From the NCBI RefSeq assembly GCF_964194025.1, contig NC_134473.1, positions 49,600,001-49,664,000 on the forward strand: a stretch of 64,000 nt of DNA, given 5' to 3'. The translations under genes were made by a program, and so were the position numbers. The notes below the pieces were generated by a model that saw nothing but the letters and a program-made list of their open reading frames with translations, was not told the origin of the DNA and ran no database searches. Position 1 is the first letter of the stretch, and every line of letters begins with the position of its first letter. Of the stretch, positions 1-14,200 are shown piece by piece. Source of the stretch: Convolutriloba macropyga. Lineage: Eukaryota.

Positions 1-1540
1 AACCTGCAATTATCCAGAATATGTCTGAATCTACAAAAACATCAAATATGACAAAAATCAAAAATTGAATAGTTTTTTTTGTGAAAAATCCGTGTCGAAG
101 CCAGTAAGTTCATAATAAATTCCTTTAAACTATTAGATTTTGTGACACCAATCCCTTTTAAAACCTTCCCATGGAAACAAAAATGTCATATTTGGCCTGT
201 AATTAACGAGACCAGGTAACAAACAGACAAAGGACCAAAATAGCGAAGTTCAAGTGGTTTTGTTCATTTTGGAAAACAATTGTTTTCAAAGTCAAAAAAG
301 CCCTCAGCTGTCTTCTGATATAAAAAAATCGGCTCATCTATTGTTCCATAAAAACTACTGAAACCGGGTCATTGTTGACAAAATTTAATACGACTAAAAG
401 ACAAAGCAAAAGCTACAGTTAAAGACAAAAATTTAAAAAAATTCAATTAATTTCTACGAGAAAGTAGTGTTGAAGCCGTAAAAAGCCACAATCTATAACT
501 TTAAAGATTTTAATATCATCATTTTTGCCTTATTTTGAAGGTCAATAATGCGATATATTAACTGTCAATTACGTGATAATGTGACAAATCTAGGAAACAT
601 GAAATATGTGCAAGTACCTAAAAACTAAAAAATGTGAAATCTAGCAGTATCAAAGCCAGAAAACAATAACTTAAATGGTAAAACCGCAAAAACACTGCAT
701 TAGAATTCAGTAGAAAGAAGAAGCTTCTTTCATTTCTGACGCTAAGCTACACTACATTTTGACCAAATTAAAAGAAAAATGGAGGCAAAGTTCAATAAGC
801 GATTTTTTTTAAAAGTCAAATACTTTTAAAAGTCAAAACGACCATAAGTTTCAAGCAATGAACTGGATAAATTATTTTGGAGCTAGTTAGGAAGCCAATT
901 GGACCTATCACTAGTGATTACAAACCGAATTTTATTTGGATTTTAACAGTCCAAGATTTGTCCAAGACTAGCCCTGCTAATGTTGTTCGTCCATTAGGAA
1001 CACTTAACTTTCCGAATGTCATAGATATGGATATTTTGTTAGTTAATAAATTAAAAAACACAGCGGCGTTTTTGATAATCAACCAATGCAGTCAGCAAAA
1101 AACGGCAAAGTCTGTTTGGATGTGCAGTTCCTGCAAATTTAATCAAAGTTAAGTAAAGACACTTTTTTTGTGCGGTTTTCGATGAAAAATCCTGAATTTT
1201 GTGAAAGTTTTAGCTAGAATTTTTTGACAAAAAAAATAAATAAAAACAGCCGACCAAAATTTTCGTTTTTAAAAATTAGATCAACAACATTTTTATTGAA
1301 AAATTTTAACAAATTTCAGCAAAATCGCAGAAATTTTAAAAACAAAATCCAAAAAAAGTGAATAAAATCAACGGAATTCACTCTATTTTCTTTAAACCTC
1401 GATAACTCTAATTAAAAACGAAAATAAAAAAAATCTTTTAAAATCCATTTTCTACGCTGGACAAGATTTCTAATGATACCAGTCTTAGCTCTCTACGATG
1501 AACATATCGATCGGCCAAAAATGTCTGAACAAAAAAACCA

Positions 1541-2784
1541 ATGGTACCAAAAAGCTACGTACACCTAAAGATTTCTTAAAAAAACAGACATACAATAATA
1601 TAAGATTTTGCGTTCAAGTTTTTTCTTTAATAACACGTCATTACTTTTTCAGCTTTTCAACCTCTAGTAGACGGTTTGTATAGTTTTCATACAGGTTTCT
1701 CACAACGTCTGCTCCAATTTCTTTCCAAACTTCATACACTTTTTCTTCTAAATTTCCCCAAAAGATTGTCTGTTTTCGTAATCGTTGCTTCAAAATCGCC
1801 CATAAAATTTCAATAGGATCCAGATCTGGACTGTATGCTGGCCATTCTAGTACCTTCCACTCCTTTTCGTGGAAAAAAATTGCCGATAATCGTCGATTTA
1901 AGCACAGGAGCATTTTCGTGTTGAAAAATAATGTCCAGAAAACGCACTTTTTCTTCGTGAAGTTTCAAAATTTCTGAATAACCGAAAACGTTTAGCTTCT
2001 TTGCACACTTAACAAGCATTTTTGGTCCATCTGTATGTATTGCACCACAAAACTTAAGTGATCGTTTGTCCAAACTCAAATTTTATGTTTTTTTTCAAGA
2101 AATCTCGTACCATTTCTTCAAAAAACTCTGACAATTCAGTCGCTGGAGATGCTCACCCTTGTTTGCTCAGCAAAAACAACATTCTGCCAGAAAGAAAACG
2201 GCTTCTTGAGCATATTGATGAACCAGTTTGAACAAAAACACTTGCTATTCTTCTTCAAACTGACTTTTTTGCAGCCTTTCCTGAAAAATGCCACATTTTT
2301 GAGAATTCGTCTAACTGAGCCTCAGGAAATTGTATCGTATCAAGAGAAAGCGTTATGAGCCACTCTAATGCGCTCCAGTGAGGTTTTCGGGATCTTTGAA
2401 AACATCGGTAACTAACTTTTTTTCTGATTTTTTTTGACAATTTTGGGGGTCTTCCGTTCGATTTTTGGGCCTCGAAAAAGTTATTTTTCAAGTAACGTTT
2501 GTATGCATACTTTGCACTGGGTCTTGATGTCAAGTCGAGCTGCTTTGGTATTTTAGACCATGAAAATCCGACATCTCGTGGCGTAACAACTTGGCAAACG
2601 GTGCAAGAACAAAGCGGTTTAACCATCTTTTCTGTCTAAGCGGAGAAAGTGATGATGAAATTTCTCTTAAAACTTCTAAATTTCACACCTTTTTTCACGC
2701 CTTAGCGCAAATCATGCTTATGAAGCACGAATCTTGCTTTAAAAGCAGAAATTATGCTGTACGGAGCTTTTTGGTACCATAGTG
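1541..2784 (-). mobile_element. Decayed Tc1/mariner (DD34E Tc1-like) DNA transposon
   Basis: TIRs ATGGTACCAAAAAGCTACGTACA (1541) and TGTACGGAGCTTTTTGGTACCATAGTG followed by TA (2784). Frameshifted transposase with GRPPKLS, FWQNVVFAE, FQHENAP and WPAYSPDLDPIE-x-LW motifs. Confidence 0.9.
1641..2626 (-). pseudogene. Tc1 transposase pseudogene
   Basis: Split over ORFs 2255-2626, 1810-2079 and 1641-1913; the first two catalytic Asp positions read E (VVFAE, FQHEN). Confidence 0.85.
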
Positions 2785-2930
2785 TAGTTCCTCCCCCCTA
2801 GAGAGGGGTCGGAACAACAACTAAACCAAAAACTTTTAAGTATATCTGGCGGTGTTAAACTTTCTTTAAACGCGTGAAAAAAATCTGGATCCTCAGGTAT
2901 TTTTTGAACAAAAAACTTGACTTAAATTAC

Positions 2931-3116
2931 CTGGAACGAGAGCTTTTGAGGTGTCGATTGTGAAAGAGGTCTGCTCCCTCACTCTAGGGTCACTCAATCC
3001 CCTGCCAGAGCACGTCACGTGACCAATGTCCAGCAGGAATGACTCTTTGGCCACTGCAGAAAAGGGGGAGCGGGGAATGGCCAGGTCATCCAGCGTCACA
3101 TTTATCTCGTACTTGC
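2931..3116 (-). CDS. Filamin exon: end of Ig repeat 5, start of repeat 6
   Basis: tactag|GC AAG TAC ... CCA G|gtaatt; [19 protein letters not shown]...[29 protein letters not shown]. Confidence 0.92.
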
Positions 3117-6100
3117 CTAGTACAGAAAAATCTCTATTTCGGAACTGCTAAAATTACTAGAGATTCGTGATCTAATTATGCACAATGTGTGCCAACTGAT
3201 AGCAATCAAAAAATGTTATCATATTTGCTATCTTTTGCGCTGATCATTAGTGCGCACTAAATAAGAGCTTGATATTTTTACAGCAAAAAACTTAACATTT
3301 GATTTAACGTCTATTATTTGCTTCGGAGACACATTTCTTGATTAAAAAAAGATTTTTTCAAAGTTTATGCGAAAAAAAACACAGTGGGCTATTGACGGAG
3401 TCAAAAAACTGTTGCAAATTGGAACTAAGTTCTCAATCGCACAGACAAAAATTGTTTATTTTCATCAATGACATAATCGGAAATTGTTACTTGTTTTGGT
3501 TCCGACCCTCTAAAATTCTTTACCGTCCAGATGGCAAGATGAATTTGGCCTCACAATCAATTGCATCACTTTGTTATTAAACCCTTTGTTGTATTGGAAT
3601 AGTAATTTCACGCTTTTTTTATTTTTTAACTACGGTAAGAAAATTAACAAACTTAAATGGACTGTCTTTAGTTGAAAAGTTTTGCCTTTCTTATCCCAGG
3701 TCTAGACCTCGACTCATGAAAAGACAATGCTCGACAAAAATGTGCTATGAAAAGACCATACTGGACTCATTTGAGCTATGAAAAAACTTTAGCTGGACTT
3801 TAAGGCATTCTGGACTTTAGCTCGACTCAGATTTTTTGCAAAAGACTTTAGCTGGACCCTAAATTTTACAAAAGACTTTGGCTTGACCCAAAGTTTGTGC
3901 TGGACTTAAGCTCGACACAATGTTTGCAAACAAAGTCGAGTTAAAGTCTTTTCATGGGTCCATCATTAGTCGTTTCATGGGTCCATCATTAGTCTTTTCA
4001 TGAGTCTGTTTTTCTGCCATTAACGTTTTGCGTGCAATATTGCATATAACGTAGTCAGCATATGTGATCATGCACCTTTTACGATTCAAAAGAACCATAA
4101 ATACCTCAAAAACCTGCATTATTTTTTAAAAAAAATAGCAAATAATTTTGGTAAGGAAAACAAACTGAATAGCGCCGAAATTTTTTCATGGCTAATGGGA
4201 CTAGGACCAATATTCTTAAGCTAGCTGGTTTCATTGAATCAAGTAATGTGGTAATATACTCGATCTGAAAAAACTCTTTAACTTAAGAATTGACAAAATT
4301 CTTAAGGCTTTTGGCAGATTTCCAACTGATTCTTAAGTTGGACTGCTCTGGTGCAAAACTATTTAGTCTTGCTCCGGTTCTGCTTCTGTATGTACAGAAG
4401 CAGGAAACAAATAAAAAATTTGAATATTGAAAAAAAACAGACTTATGAAAAGACTAATGGTGGACCCATGAAGACCTTAACTCGACTTTGCTGGTTATTA
4501 AAAGACTAATGCTGGACCCATGAAAAGACCTTAGCTGGACTTTCTTCGTTATGAAAAGACTTTAGCTCGACCCATGAAAAGATATTAGCTCGACTTTTAC
4601 TAGGAACCTCGACCGTGTAATTATAGTCAATATTGCCCCCCCCCCTACTAAACTTTTAAAGTTTTTTCATAAGTCGAGGTCTAGGCCTGGGATGTATTTT
4701 TAATTACTGGGGATTGAAAGAGCTGTAAAAGCGATTTAGCTTTTGTGTAATTTGATCAGGAAATAAAACTCACTATTCAAAAATCTTACCCTTTACTTTT
4801 TCAAAACTATTATAGCAATTGTTCAAAAACAACCTCTTTTAGAATACAGTTGTCTATTTTATCTTAACGATCAAAACTATTTAATCATTAATTACCAGAA
4901 CTTAATACTTCACAAAACATTTTTTGTGTTTTCCAATTGCATACCTAAGTATTAACAAGGCAGATCGGTAATGTCCAAACGCAAATTAGGTTGAGACCCC
5001 TCATCAACCAAATAAATTGTCAAAAAACCAATAGAAGCCTTCTGTTTCTGTTTAGTTGAGACTTAAATAAATATGTGCCTAGTTTTTATGCAGTTTTCCT
5101 CAAAAAAGATCTAGTAAACAGATCGTTACATAATTCATTCAAAGTCTGCTATCTGTCCCATTGAATAATTCATCTCCCGTTTTTGGACTTTCAGAATCTT
5201 TTATATTCTGACATCTTGTTTTCAAAACCTATTTTTAAACCTAAGCGAAATATTATGCCAAAAACTTAGTTTGTTTTCATTTTCAACCTTCGTAAACATT
5301 GATCTCAAAATAAAAATCTACAAAAATATATTGTCTTCATAACGCAAAGTATACCCAAATCGTCACGAGCAAATCTACCCAATCGTGTATCTCTTGTTTG
5401 TTTTTCCTATAATAAAACATTGAAATTACAACAATATTGCGAAAAATGGATACTTTGACAAAATCAACCAAAATTGAAGAGAATTGCGCTACCCATTTCT
5501 GCAAAGGTGTCAAATATTTAACTCCAGAATTGAGATTCAAGCTGTGTACCCTATTTTGTGCGCGCTATGTAAAACAATTCTTTAGGCATCTGTTCCTGAC
5601 ACTCAGCGTATCCCGATTCCGCGCGGAATTTAACTAATTTTTGCACTGAACGTTTCTATAATCCGCAATTTTCACTAATTTTTAAAACAGTTTTAATCTT
5701 CTTATGTTAATAAAGCAAGGTCTTTTTGTGTAATATAAAAGTCAATTTGTTTATATAGTTTTTATCTGATACCATTTTGACTTGGTTATGATGCTTTTTT
5801 TAAAAAAATAATTAGAGATTGAATTTCGGTTGTATTTAAGGCTTGTTCTTTTAATTTGGTTTTGTTGTCTGTCTTGTATCCTAGTCTCCTAATAGCACGT
5901 ATCATCGGCCATCTCTTAACAGACAGTTTCAAAAATGTAGTTGAGCGGGGTCGGAACAATATGTGCGAATCCATATTATATAGCCTCATCGTCTTTTTCT
6001 CAGCTAAAAATGGTTGTTTTCACTGATACTATTTTATCCAAAATAGTTTGCACATCTTTCCATTAAACTCTTAATCGGTCACCAAGTAGAATAATTGGTT

Positions 6101-9100
6101 GAAACTTTCATAAAAACACAAAATCGGGATCTAGAAATAGAAGCACATGAAATCAAGATCACTTTACGTTTATGTTTTACATATACCTTGCTTCGGTTTT
6201 TTCGCTATTTGTCCTCTAAAAAAATGCAGTTGAGGTCATATATTTATATATAACATTAAAGTACTGATAGTTCAAAAATATTTAAGATTACTTCAAAGAA
6301 ATTCAAAAAAAATTAAAAGCTCTTCCAGTTGATATAGGTTTCAGCAGAAGTTAGGATTACAACTGCTATATTTACCAGGATTTAATTTTTTTGTTGCCCA
6401 GAAAAAAATTGATATAGACCAAATTCTTCAAAAATAGCTATTAATAAAGGAAATTTCATACTATACTACTAAAAACAACTGCAAGAGTATATACACAAAA
6501 TGTTTTGATCATGAAAATCGCCATTACAGAACTTGGGATAATAAAATTCAAAATCTTCTGTTACTATTGATGTTTAATTTTCAACGTGTTTCACCTGTCA
6601 TGTAAAGACTACTGAAACCATTGTCTGCTCATTTGCCAATCTTTAGCCCTCAAATCATAGCGTCACAAAACACGGCACAATTTACACGGATTAGTTCGTA
6701 TTTTTCTTCTAGCAGTCTTATTACATAGGAGAAAACTTTCGTAAGTCGCATATGCCTTTCTTTTAATTTGCCGCTTTTGAGCAATTACTAACATATAAGG
6801 CAAAAAGAACGTGGTATGTAAGTGAAATTGGAGCCATATACAGACTAAAGCAATTTAAAAAAAATACGCAATTTTCGCACTAAATCCTTAATTGTGCCAA
6901 TTCGACCCTGGAAACGTATTATGATATTGTATGCTTCCAAAGTTTAATTTTTTACATGCTTTATAAGTATCGGATTGAAGTACATCAATCAAAGTACACT
7001 TATTAAAATGTGAAAAGTAAAGTAACATTTTTTGATATGAAGAGATCAAACATTTGAAAATGTTTCTTCAGCGATCGATTCAACTTCTGGAGTGCTTTCT
7101 CATAATACCACTTTTGTATCTTTCCGCAAAAGAAATTGATCGTCAACAAAATTTGGGACAAAAAGGAATAGCTGATGTAAAGTGCTTAACACTATTTCAT
7201 GGAGTGTAGGGACCGTTATATTAATTTTCATCGACAAAATTTGTTGGAACTTTTTATTCAAACCTCTCTTAAAAACATCTGAATTTTTGGAATTATTGTT
7301 TATTACAGTACCTCCTGTCATTATTGAAAGCCAAACAAAAATCATAATTATCGAATAAAAAATTGTGTTTTTGGTACTGTAAAAAACAATTTCAAATTTT
7401 GATACATTATTTGGCAATTGGCAGGTTAAAATTTTATGAGCAAACGGAATGTTTGCTCATAAAACATAATACCATCCCATTTCTTGTCCACTGTTCCCAC
7501 CCTTGGCTCACATAGTTTTACTATCCCAAAGGATCCAGTGCAGCGTTTAACCAAAAAACATTTGAATAACGGAAAATAGGTAAATTAATTACCTTTGGAT
7601 TTGGGCACAAACGTAACAGAATATATCTCAGCAGTCTTGTCTCTGTCCACACTGCAAGGCACCAAATTTCCAGATGGTCCACTGATCTTCGCCTTCACTT
7701 CGCCTGAATTTGGAGGTTAAAAGCATTTATGTCAGAAACAATGCAAAAAAGCCGCACATATTTAAAAAATAAAGACATAATTTTGATACCACAAAAATTC
7801 ATATTATTAACAACTTTTCGGAAAGTTGGAAAACGCTAAAAAAATTTTAGGGTGGTCAAAAATTAGTAGGCTCAAAAAAACTGACAGGATAAAAATTGTC
7901 ATGAAATAACTTATCTCAACAATCAACTCTGTGACCCAAAAGGCTTATTTTGAAAGCATAAGGCAGATATTCATAGAGACCAAACAGTATTTTTGCAAAA
8001 AAGAATACCAAAACCGAGGACCTACGAAAACACAATATTTTTCACATTGGAGTCACATCATTTAACACGAATAAAAACAGATAAATGAACTACTTCTCTC
8101 TTGTTGGAGATATCAGACCAAATTAGTTCAAATTATTGCAAAAATGAAATTAATAACAAAAAAGACAAAAACCGAATAATACTCAAATCAAAAATTGTTT
8201 ATTACCAAAACTGATGCCCAAAGAATATTTGCAGCAAAAAAATCAGTCAAAACGTTCAAACCAAACTCCAGCAAATTTTCACTGCTGCATTATACTAAAT
8301 TATCTAGAATGTGGAGAAAACGGACGCATGTAAAAGTTAATACAGACTCGTTCTTGATTTTTGAAAATCAAAAATCAAGTTTAAAAAATTAAGTAGAAAA
8401 AAAACACGTTTGATTATTTAGCATTCAATGTTTAGAATAACTACAAAGCCAACCTCCTGTAAAGACGATACAAAAAGTGGAATTCAAAAGATACAAAACT
8501 GAAATTCGAAACATTAAAACATTTTTTAAAGAGCACTTATGAAAAAAATTGTTACTGAAATTCGAAGACTCAACGCAAAAAAGTAAATCAATTAGTAATA
8601 AATGAAACTAAAATCCCTAAAGGTGCAAAAGAAAAAAGTTTTTCGAGTAATTAAAACCCAAATACAAACCAAAATACTGAGAAAAAAAGGACAAAAACTG
8701 TCAACATCGGATTTTGATGTGTACAATTTTATGAAAAAAATACCCCACGTTAGGAAAAGACGTTCAATGCATGACAGGAAAGTAGCCATATGCAATGAAT
8801 TTCGAAATTGAATCCACTGAAAGGTCCTAAACAGAGGAAGTCAATGAAAAAAGCCACCAATTAGTTTGAAAAGTTGCCAAATATGTGCCCATTTTACACT
8901 TGAAACGCATTGGTAGACTCTCAAAAACACTGTGGTATACATTTCAGAGGGTTACATAAAAGTTTCCACATAAAACTAAACTTAAAAAACCGCCAATTGG
9001 ACAAAAAAACCGCTAAAAACAGTTATCTATATGCAGCATTCTGTTAAAAACACTTTCCCAAATCGAAACGTCATTCATTGATTGAAGTGCATGATCAAAA

Positions 9101-11155
9101 AGCTTCTCTCGCTCAGAAAAAAATTAGTTTGCACGGCAATTTTATTCTCTTTCGCTTTTAGGTCAAAACGCCGTTTGACAAAAAGTTCTTCGCGTAAAAA
9201 GAACCTCAAGAGAAGCAATACTCCTCTTAGGAGTCGTAAAAAACCAGGAACACCGCAATATAACTACGCTCAGCTTACAGATTCAAAGCTATAAAAATGC
9301 AACTGGGACCACAAAGTGGCAGTTCAGTTTCAATGCTTGGGGATCAATTAATGATGACTAATTACTAAGGCATTAAAGTAATGGGTGCCAATAAACTGAA
9401 ATTTCTCTCTTTAAAACTGGGTCGGGGGCATTAAACAAAGAAATCGGAGTTCATATAAGACATCGCATAAATTAATGAACATAGAAATTATAATTCTACC
9501 GATTTATTTTTGATGTTATGATGAGTTCTACTAACCTGGTCCAGCTTGGGTGGCGTCGAAAGTGAGTGAGAACTTTTTGTTCGGTGTCAACATCACTTGC
9601 CCGTCTTTGTCCATGAAAGACTCGTACAATTGAGTGCATTTCACTTTCCTTGGGTTGATCACCTTCACTCTGAAATGTATTTAATAAACCCTTCAATCAA
9701 TTCATGTGCTCCAATGGAGGTCGATTCTAGATTAGTTATTTCCGGAGCTGAATAAATAGTTCTTTTATAATTAAGTGTGGGAGAACTCTCAATTTCAACT
9801 TGCAGTGTAGCACTAGTAACAACTGACGTGCGATGTGACAACATTCTGACACAATCAGATCAGAAACTTTAAATTTTGACAGAAATCACCCAAGTAGGTT
9901 CTGCGAAGTAACAAAGTTTCTACTCCACATTGAACCATTTTCATGATGACGTCAGCTGAAATTTCAGACTGTTGTTACATTTTCCCTCCAAAGCAATTTG
10001 TCAAAGATTAACATCCAGAAAATGTCGCAATTTCGATACTAGTTACGATCAAAAATAATTGCACTTATAAGGACCATCCGTACCTGTATGGACTGCCTGT
10101 GACCTGTTCTCCATCAACTGTGACTGTGACGTCATAGAAACCGACCTCGACAGGTCTGTAGGAGGCAGTGAAGGTGTTGTTGTTCTGCTGGTTTCTCAAC
10201 ACGCTACACTTGGACAGAGAGTTGGGGCCTAGAACATATCATTACAAGCCAATGCTATGTGCGAATAGGAACATTTAAAGATATCGGATTTTACGTACCT
10301 AATTGACTTTAATTACCTCTTAAATGCATCTATCCATCCCCATATGGCTTGGATTTTCCTTGCATATTACATTTCAGCGAAAATGTTAATTCTCTTACGT
10401 AGTAATAGTTACTCAAAAGCGGTAAAGCGAAATCCAATTTGAAATACTCTCTCCTATATATTAAGACTGCAAAACGGATTCCACATAGTAATCCAAGTAA
10501 ATTTATTCGCTTCTTATTTCTCCCAATTTGTATATAGCACTGGTCCCTATTGAAATGAGAAAAAGTAACCGACACAATTCGGTCGGACTTTCGATTGAAA
10601 TCCATCACATCGTCAGCTATAAAGATTTCAGTGCCAATATGAGGCTTTTTGCAGCAGTTGAGAAATTACATGATTGTCAGAGGATTGAGAAAAGAAAATT
10701 CATCTAATCGCACTGTTTTGATGTCACTTGAGACCTGACATTAATCGTTTCCAAAACCTAAGTCAAAGCAAATTTTTGGAGCGAAATTAATAACAACTTT
10801 TATTAACATGAAGCTGAAAAAACAGCAGATAGTAAACCACGGGCATTGTCAATTAGTTTGTAACATAAAGAAACTCTTGAAAAGATTGAAGATCAATAAA
10901 ATCAATCAGTCGCAAAAAACACAGAAAGTTATTTGCAATCTTAAACAAGCACAGACAGTAATTTGCAAAAAACGGAAGCGAAGAGTTTACACCCTAGATG
11001 TAATAAAGAATTAATGGCTAATTCTTTTCTCGTCTAATCATTTGTTTTTGCAACGTTGCCTAATTGATAAAATATTTATTGTTCCGACCCCACTTGTGGG
11101 GGGAGGAACTATATACTCATATGGGTTTTTCTGTACAGACAATTTTGGCCCATCG

Positions 11156-11204
<49 letters not shown>

Positions 11205-14200
11205 TCGTAGCGAAATGTGAGTGGTATCATTAAAAAGCTGGTCCAGCGTAGAATTCGAAACTAATAAAATCTTTTCGTTTTTTCGAGGTGTTATCGAGGA
11301 TTGAAATTTTGTGTGAACATGGGATATTTGGCATGATTGTTCACTTTTAGTGTATTTTTTCTTCAAATTAAGATTTTTTTAAATCAAAATATTAACTCAA
11401 AATTATATTTCGGGTAACAAATGAAACAATTTGGAGTTCCTAATAGACGAAAGCGGAAAAAAGAATAGTTCCAGTTTCATAGGGAAGTTTTCTATAAAAA
11501 AATTGAATTCTATTCAGACCTCTTTTTTTAGAAAACGTTTCAAATTTTTTTTGTTTTCTTGGGTCACCTAGCAACTAGTCTTTTTTCATATCTAGATTCC
11601 AATAATGAAAAACCTGATTGACAGTCAAATGAGGCCCAATGAACGAACAATTCAATTTCAAGTAATTGCTCGTGTTTTTTTTGGCTTTGACTCTGAGTTT
11701 TCGTAATTTCAAACGAAATTTTAATTTTCTTTATGAGGTTTTACTTAATTTTTGAAGTCCTATGCCATTGTCTCGTTGAATAAAAGTGCAATGGGTTTTG
11801 TAAGCATTAAGTGAATCTATCTAGAGCTTTCAGTGGATAGCTAATGGCTGTTAAGTCTTTGAAAATAATTTTTCGAGAAATTTTACAACATTAACCAATC
11901 ATAAACTTTTTTTGTGAATTGTAAGTAAGTCTCAGTAGACAGGCGCCCTTTTTCTCTACAGCATTAAAAATTTATCTGGTTAGCAGTTTTATCTTCCAAC
12001 TATTTGTTTTATGACATCAATGCGAAAAATTTTCAAAAAAACTTTTGGATACTTTCTTATTAATGGTTCCTCTTGAAATCTTATCACGTTATCCTGATCT
12101 TGATTACTATCATTGGCTTATGATGGATAAAATTTTCAGAGAACAGCTTTTGGTTTAAATGGCTTCGACACCTTCTTCTCCCACTTTTCAACTGAATTTT
12201 TGTTTTTTGCCTATATTTGTTGTTGTGTCCATAGTCATAAGACTTTTTTCACGTCTTATTGATTACCTATGCATGAAAAATATCCGTATCCTGAAATTAA
12301 GGCATATGCTCCAATTGGGCGTATTTAAAGACTTCTAAGGACCTTTTTTTCTAATATAACTAAAATCAACCTTTTTAGCGGTTTTTTCTACTAACTATTG
12401 GTGTTATGACTTCGATGCACGAGTTTTCATATATATTTTTTAAGATTTTGGATCTTTTTCGTAAATTTGCTTTTTTCTTTACACATTATCCTAAAATTGA
12501 TAGTTGCATTGACTTAAGGATGACGTTCAACAGATCATATATAAATTTCATAGGGAAAAACCTATGGTTTAAATGGCTTCGACCCTTTCTTCTCGCACTT
12601 TTCTACTTAATTCTATGATTTTGACAATGTTTCTTGTTGTTTTCATTATCAATGACTTATTATAATGTCATATTGATGACTTATTAATAAAAAACATCCT
12701 GTTGTCTCATCCAGGCATAACTTAGCACATTTTATAGCTTCCGTTGAAAGCTATTGAATTTAATGGCGTTGATACTAAGGGTTTTCTCGAAGAATTCGTG
12801 GTTTTCATTTTTTTCATTTTTGTTGATCTTTTGGAGTCAAATTATTAAAACAAATTTCAGGGCTGTTGAGAAAATATTTGAAAGTAGAAAAGTTCCTTCC
12901 GAGAAAATCAATTTTAATGGCTTCGACATTTTTATCGCTCAATTTTTTTTGAATTTGCTGCTTTTTGCTTTTTCATTCTTTAGGTAGCAAAAGAAAACTC
13001 AACGGTACAATTTGCTTGTGTATGAGGATTGATTGAACGATGTTACCCGAAGCAGTCAGTTTACTGCAAGTAGTCTTAAAGTTAATGATATTATACATTT
13101 TTAAAAAATTTCAAAGGATTTTTCAGTTTTATTCAGTATTTGTTGTTCTTTTCGTCAACTTGTTATTTAATCTCATCATTGACAATTATAAAAGTTATGC
13201 GAGTGATGTGTTTTTGTTTCTTTTCCTCTTCCTTTAGCACAATCGCGTAATAACAGATCCCAATGACTTTCAAATGTTGCTCAATTGAACTTATTTTTTC
13301 ATTCAGTATAATGTAAGCTGAATTAGTGTAAAAGAATTTGAAGAAAAAGAACATAATCTTCAGATAATAGAAACTGATTTTAATGGCTTCACTAATTTGT
13401 GTTTTCGCAATGTTTGTAATTTTTTGTTCGTAATTTTTTGAGTTTTTTTTCATCTTTAGTCCATTCCTATGGCTTAGTCTGAATAGAAACAGGTCTTATT
13501 GGCTTCATTAAGAGTTTTTAATAAATTTGTCTAGAATTATTTTGTTAAAAGCTTATTAATTATAAGGCTTTTGAAATTATTTTGTTTTTATTAAATATTG
13601 ATTGAGTTTTGAGTTTCGCCTCATTATTTCTTCTTTTTGTCGACTTGTTACCTAGTCTCATTAATCCCATCTGATTTGTAGTTAGAGAAAATAAATTTGT
13701 GTAGCTAGGATTTTGTCTGATTGTAATTTGACGTTGTTACTAGGAGCCATTAAATTAAAATATTGAGTTTTTGCCGTGAAATTTTGTTTCTTTTTGTTGT
13801 TGCTGTTGTTGTTTTCTCTTAGACTTTTAGTGGCAAATCTTGTTGTAGTGAGGCATGGCATTATTTAATTCAATTATCATCTTGGTTGTGTAACAATTTT
13901 GTAGAACTCAAGCATCTAATTTTAATGATGTCTTTAAAATGTAAGTCATGTAAGACTTACAAAAATGTAAGTCAAAAGACAGTTAAGTCAAAAATGTAGA
14001 TGAGCGCGGGTCGGAACATCTCGTTTGTTTAAAATCAGGTTGAGATTTTTTCTTGTTTCTCAATCAAATTAAACTAACTATCGAGCTGTCATCGGAAATT
14101 CGAGTTGTTGATTATTTCAAGTGCTGTCTTTTCGTTAATAACTCAGTTTAAAGTAATTTTCATTTCATTTCTACTATATTCAAACAATTCGTATTTTGAA

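Larger units (their letters stand above)
1..2817 (+). mobile_element. Non-autonomous Helentron/DINE-1-like element, family 1, copy A (5' end outside window; Tc1 nested in its 3' end)
   Basis: Colinear similarity to 48100-49812 and to the reverse of 59431-61160; 3' end TAGTTCCTCCCCCC-TAGAGA-GGGGTCGGAACAA. Confidence 0.7.
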
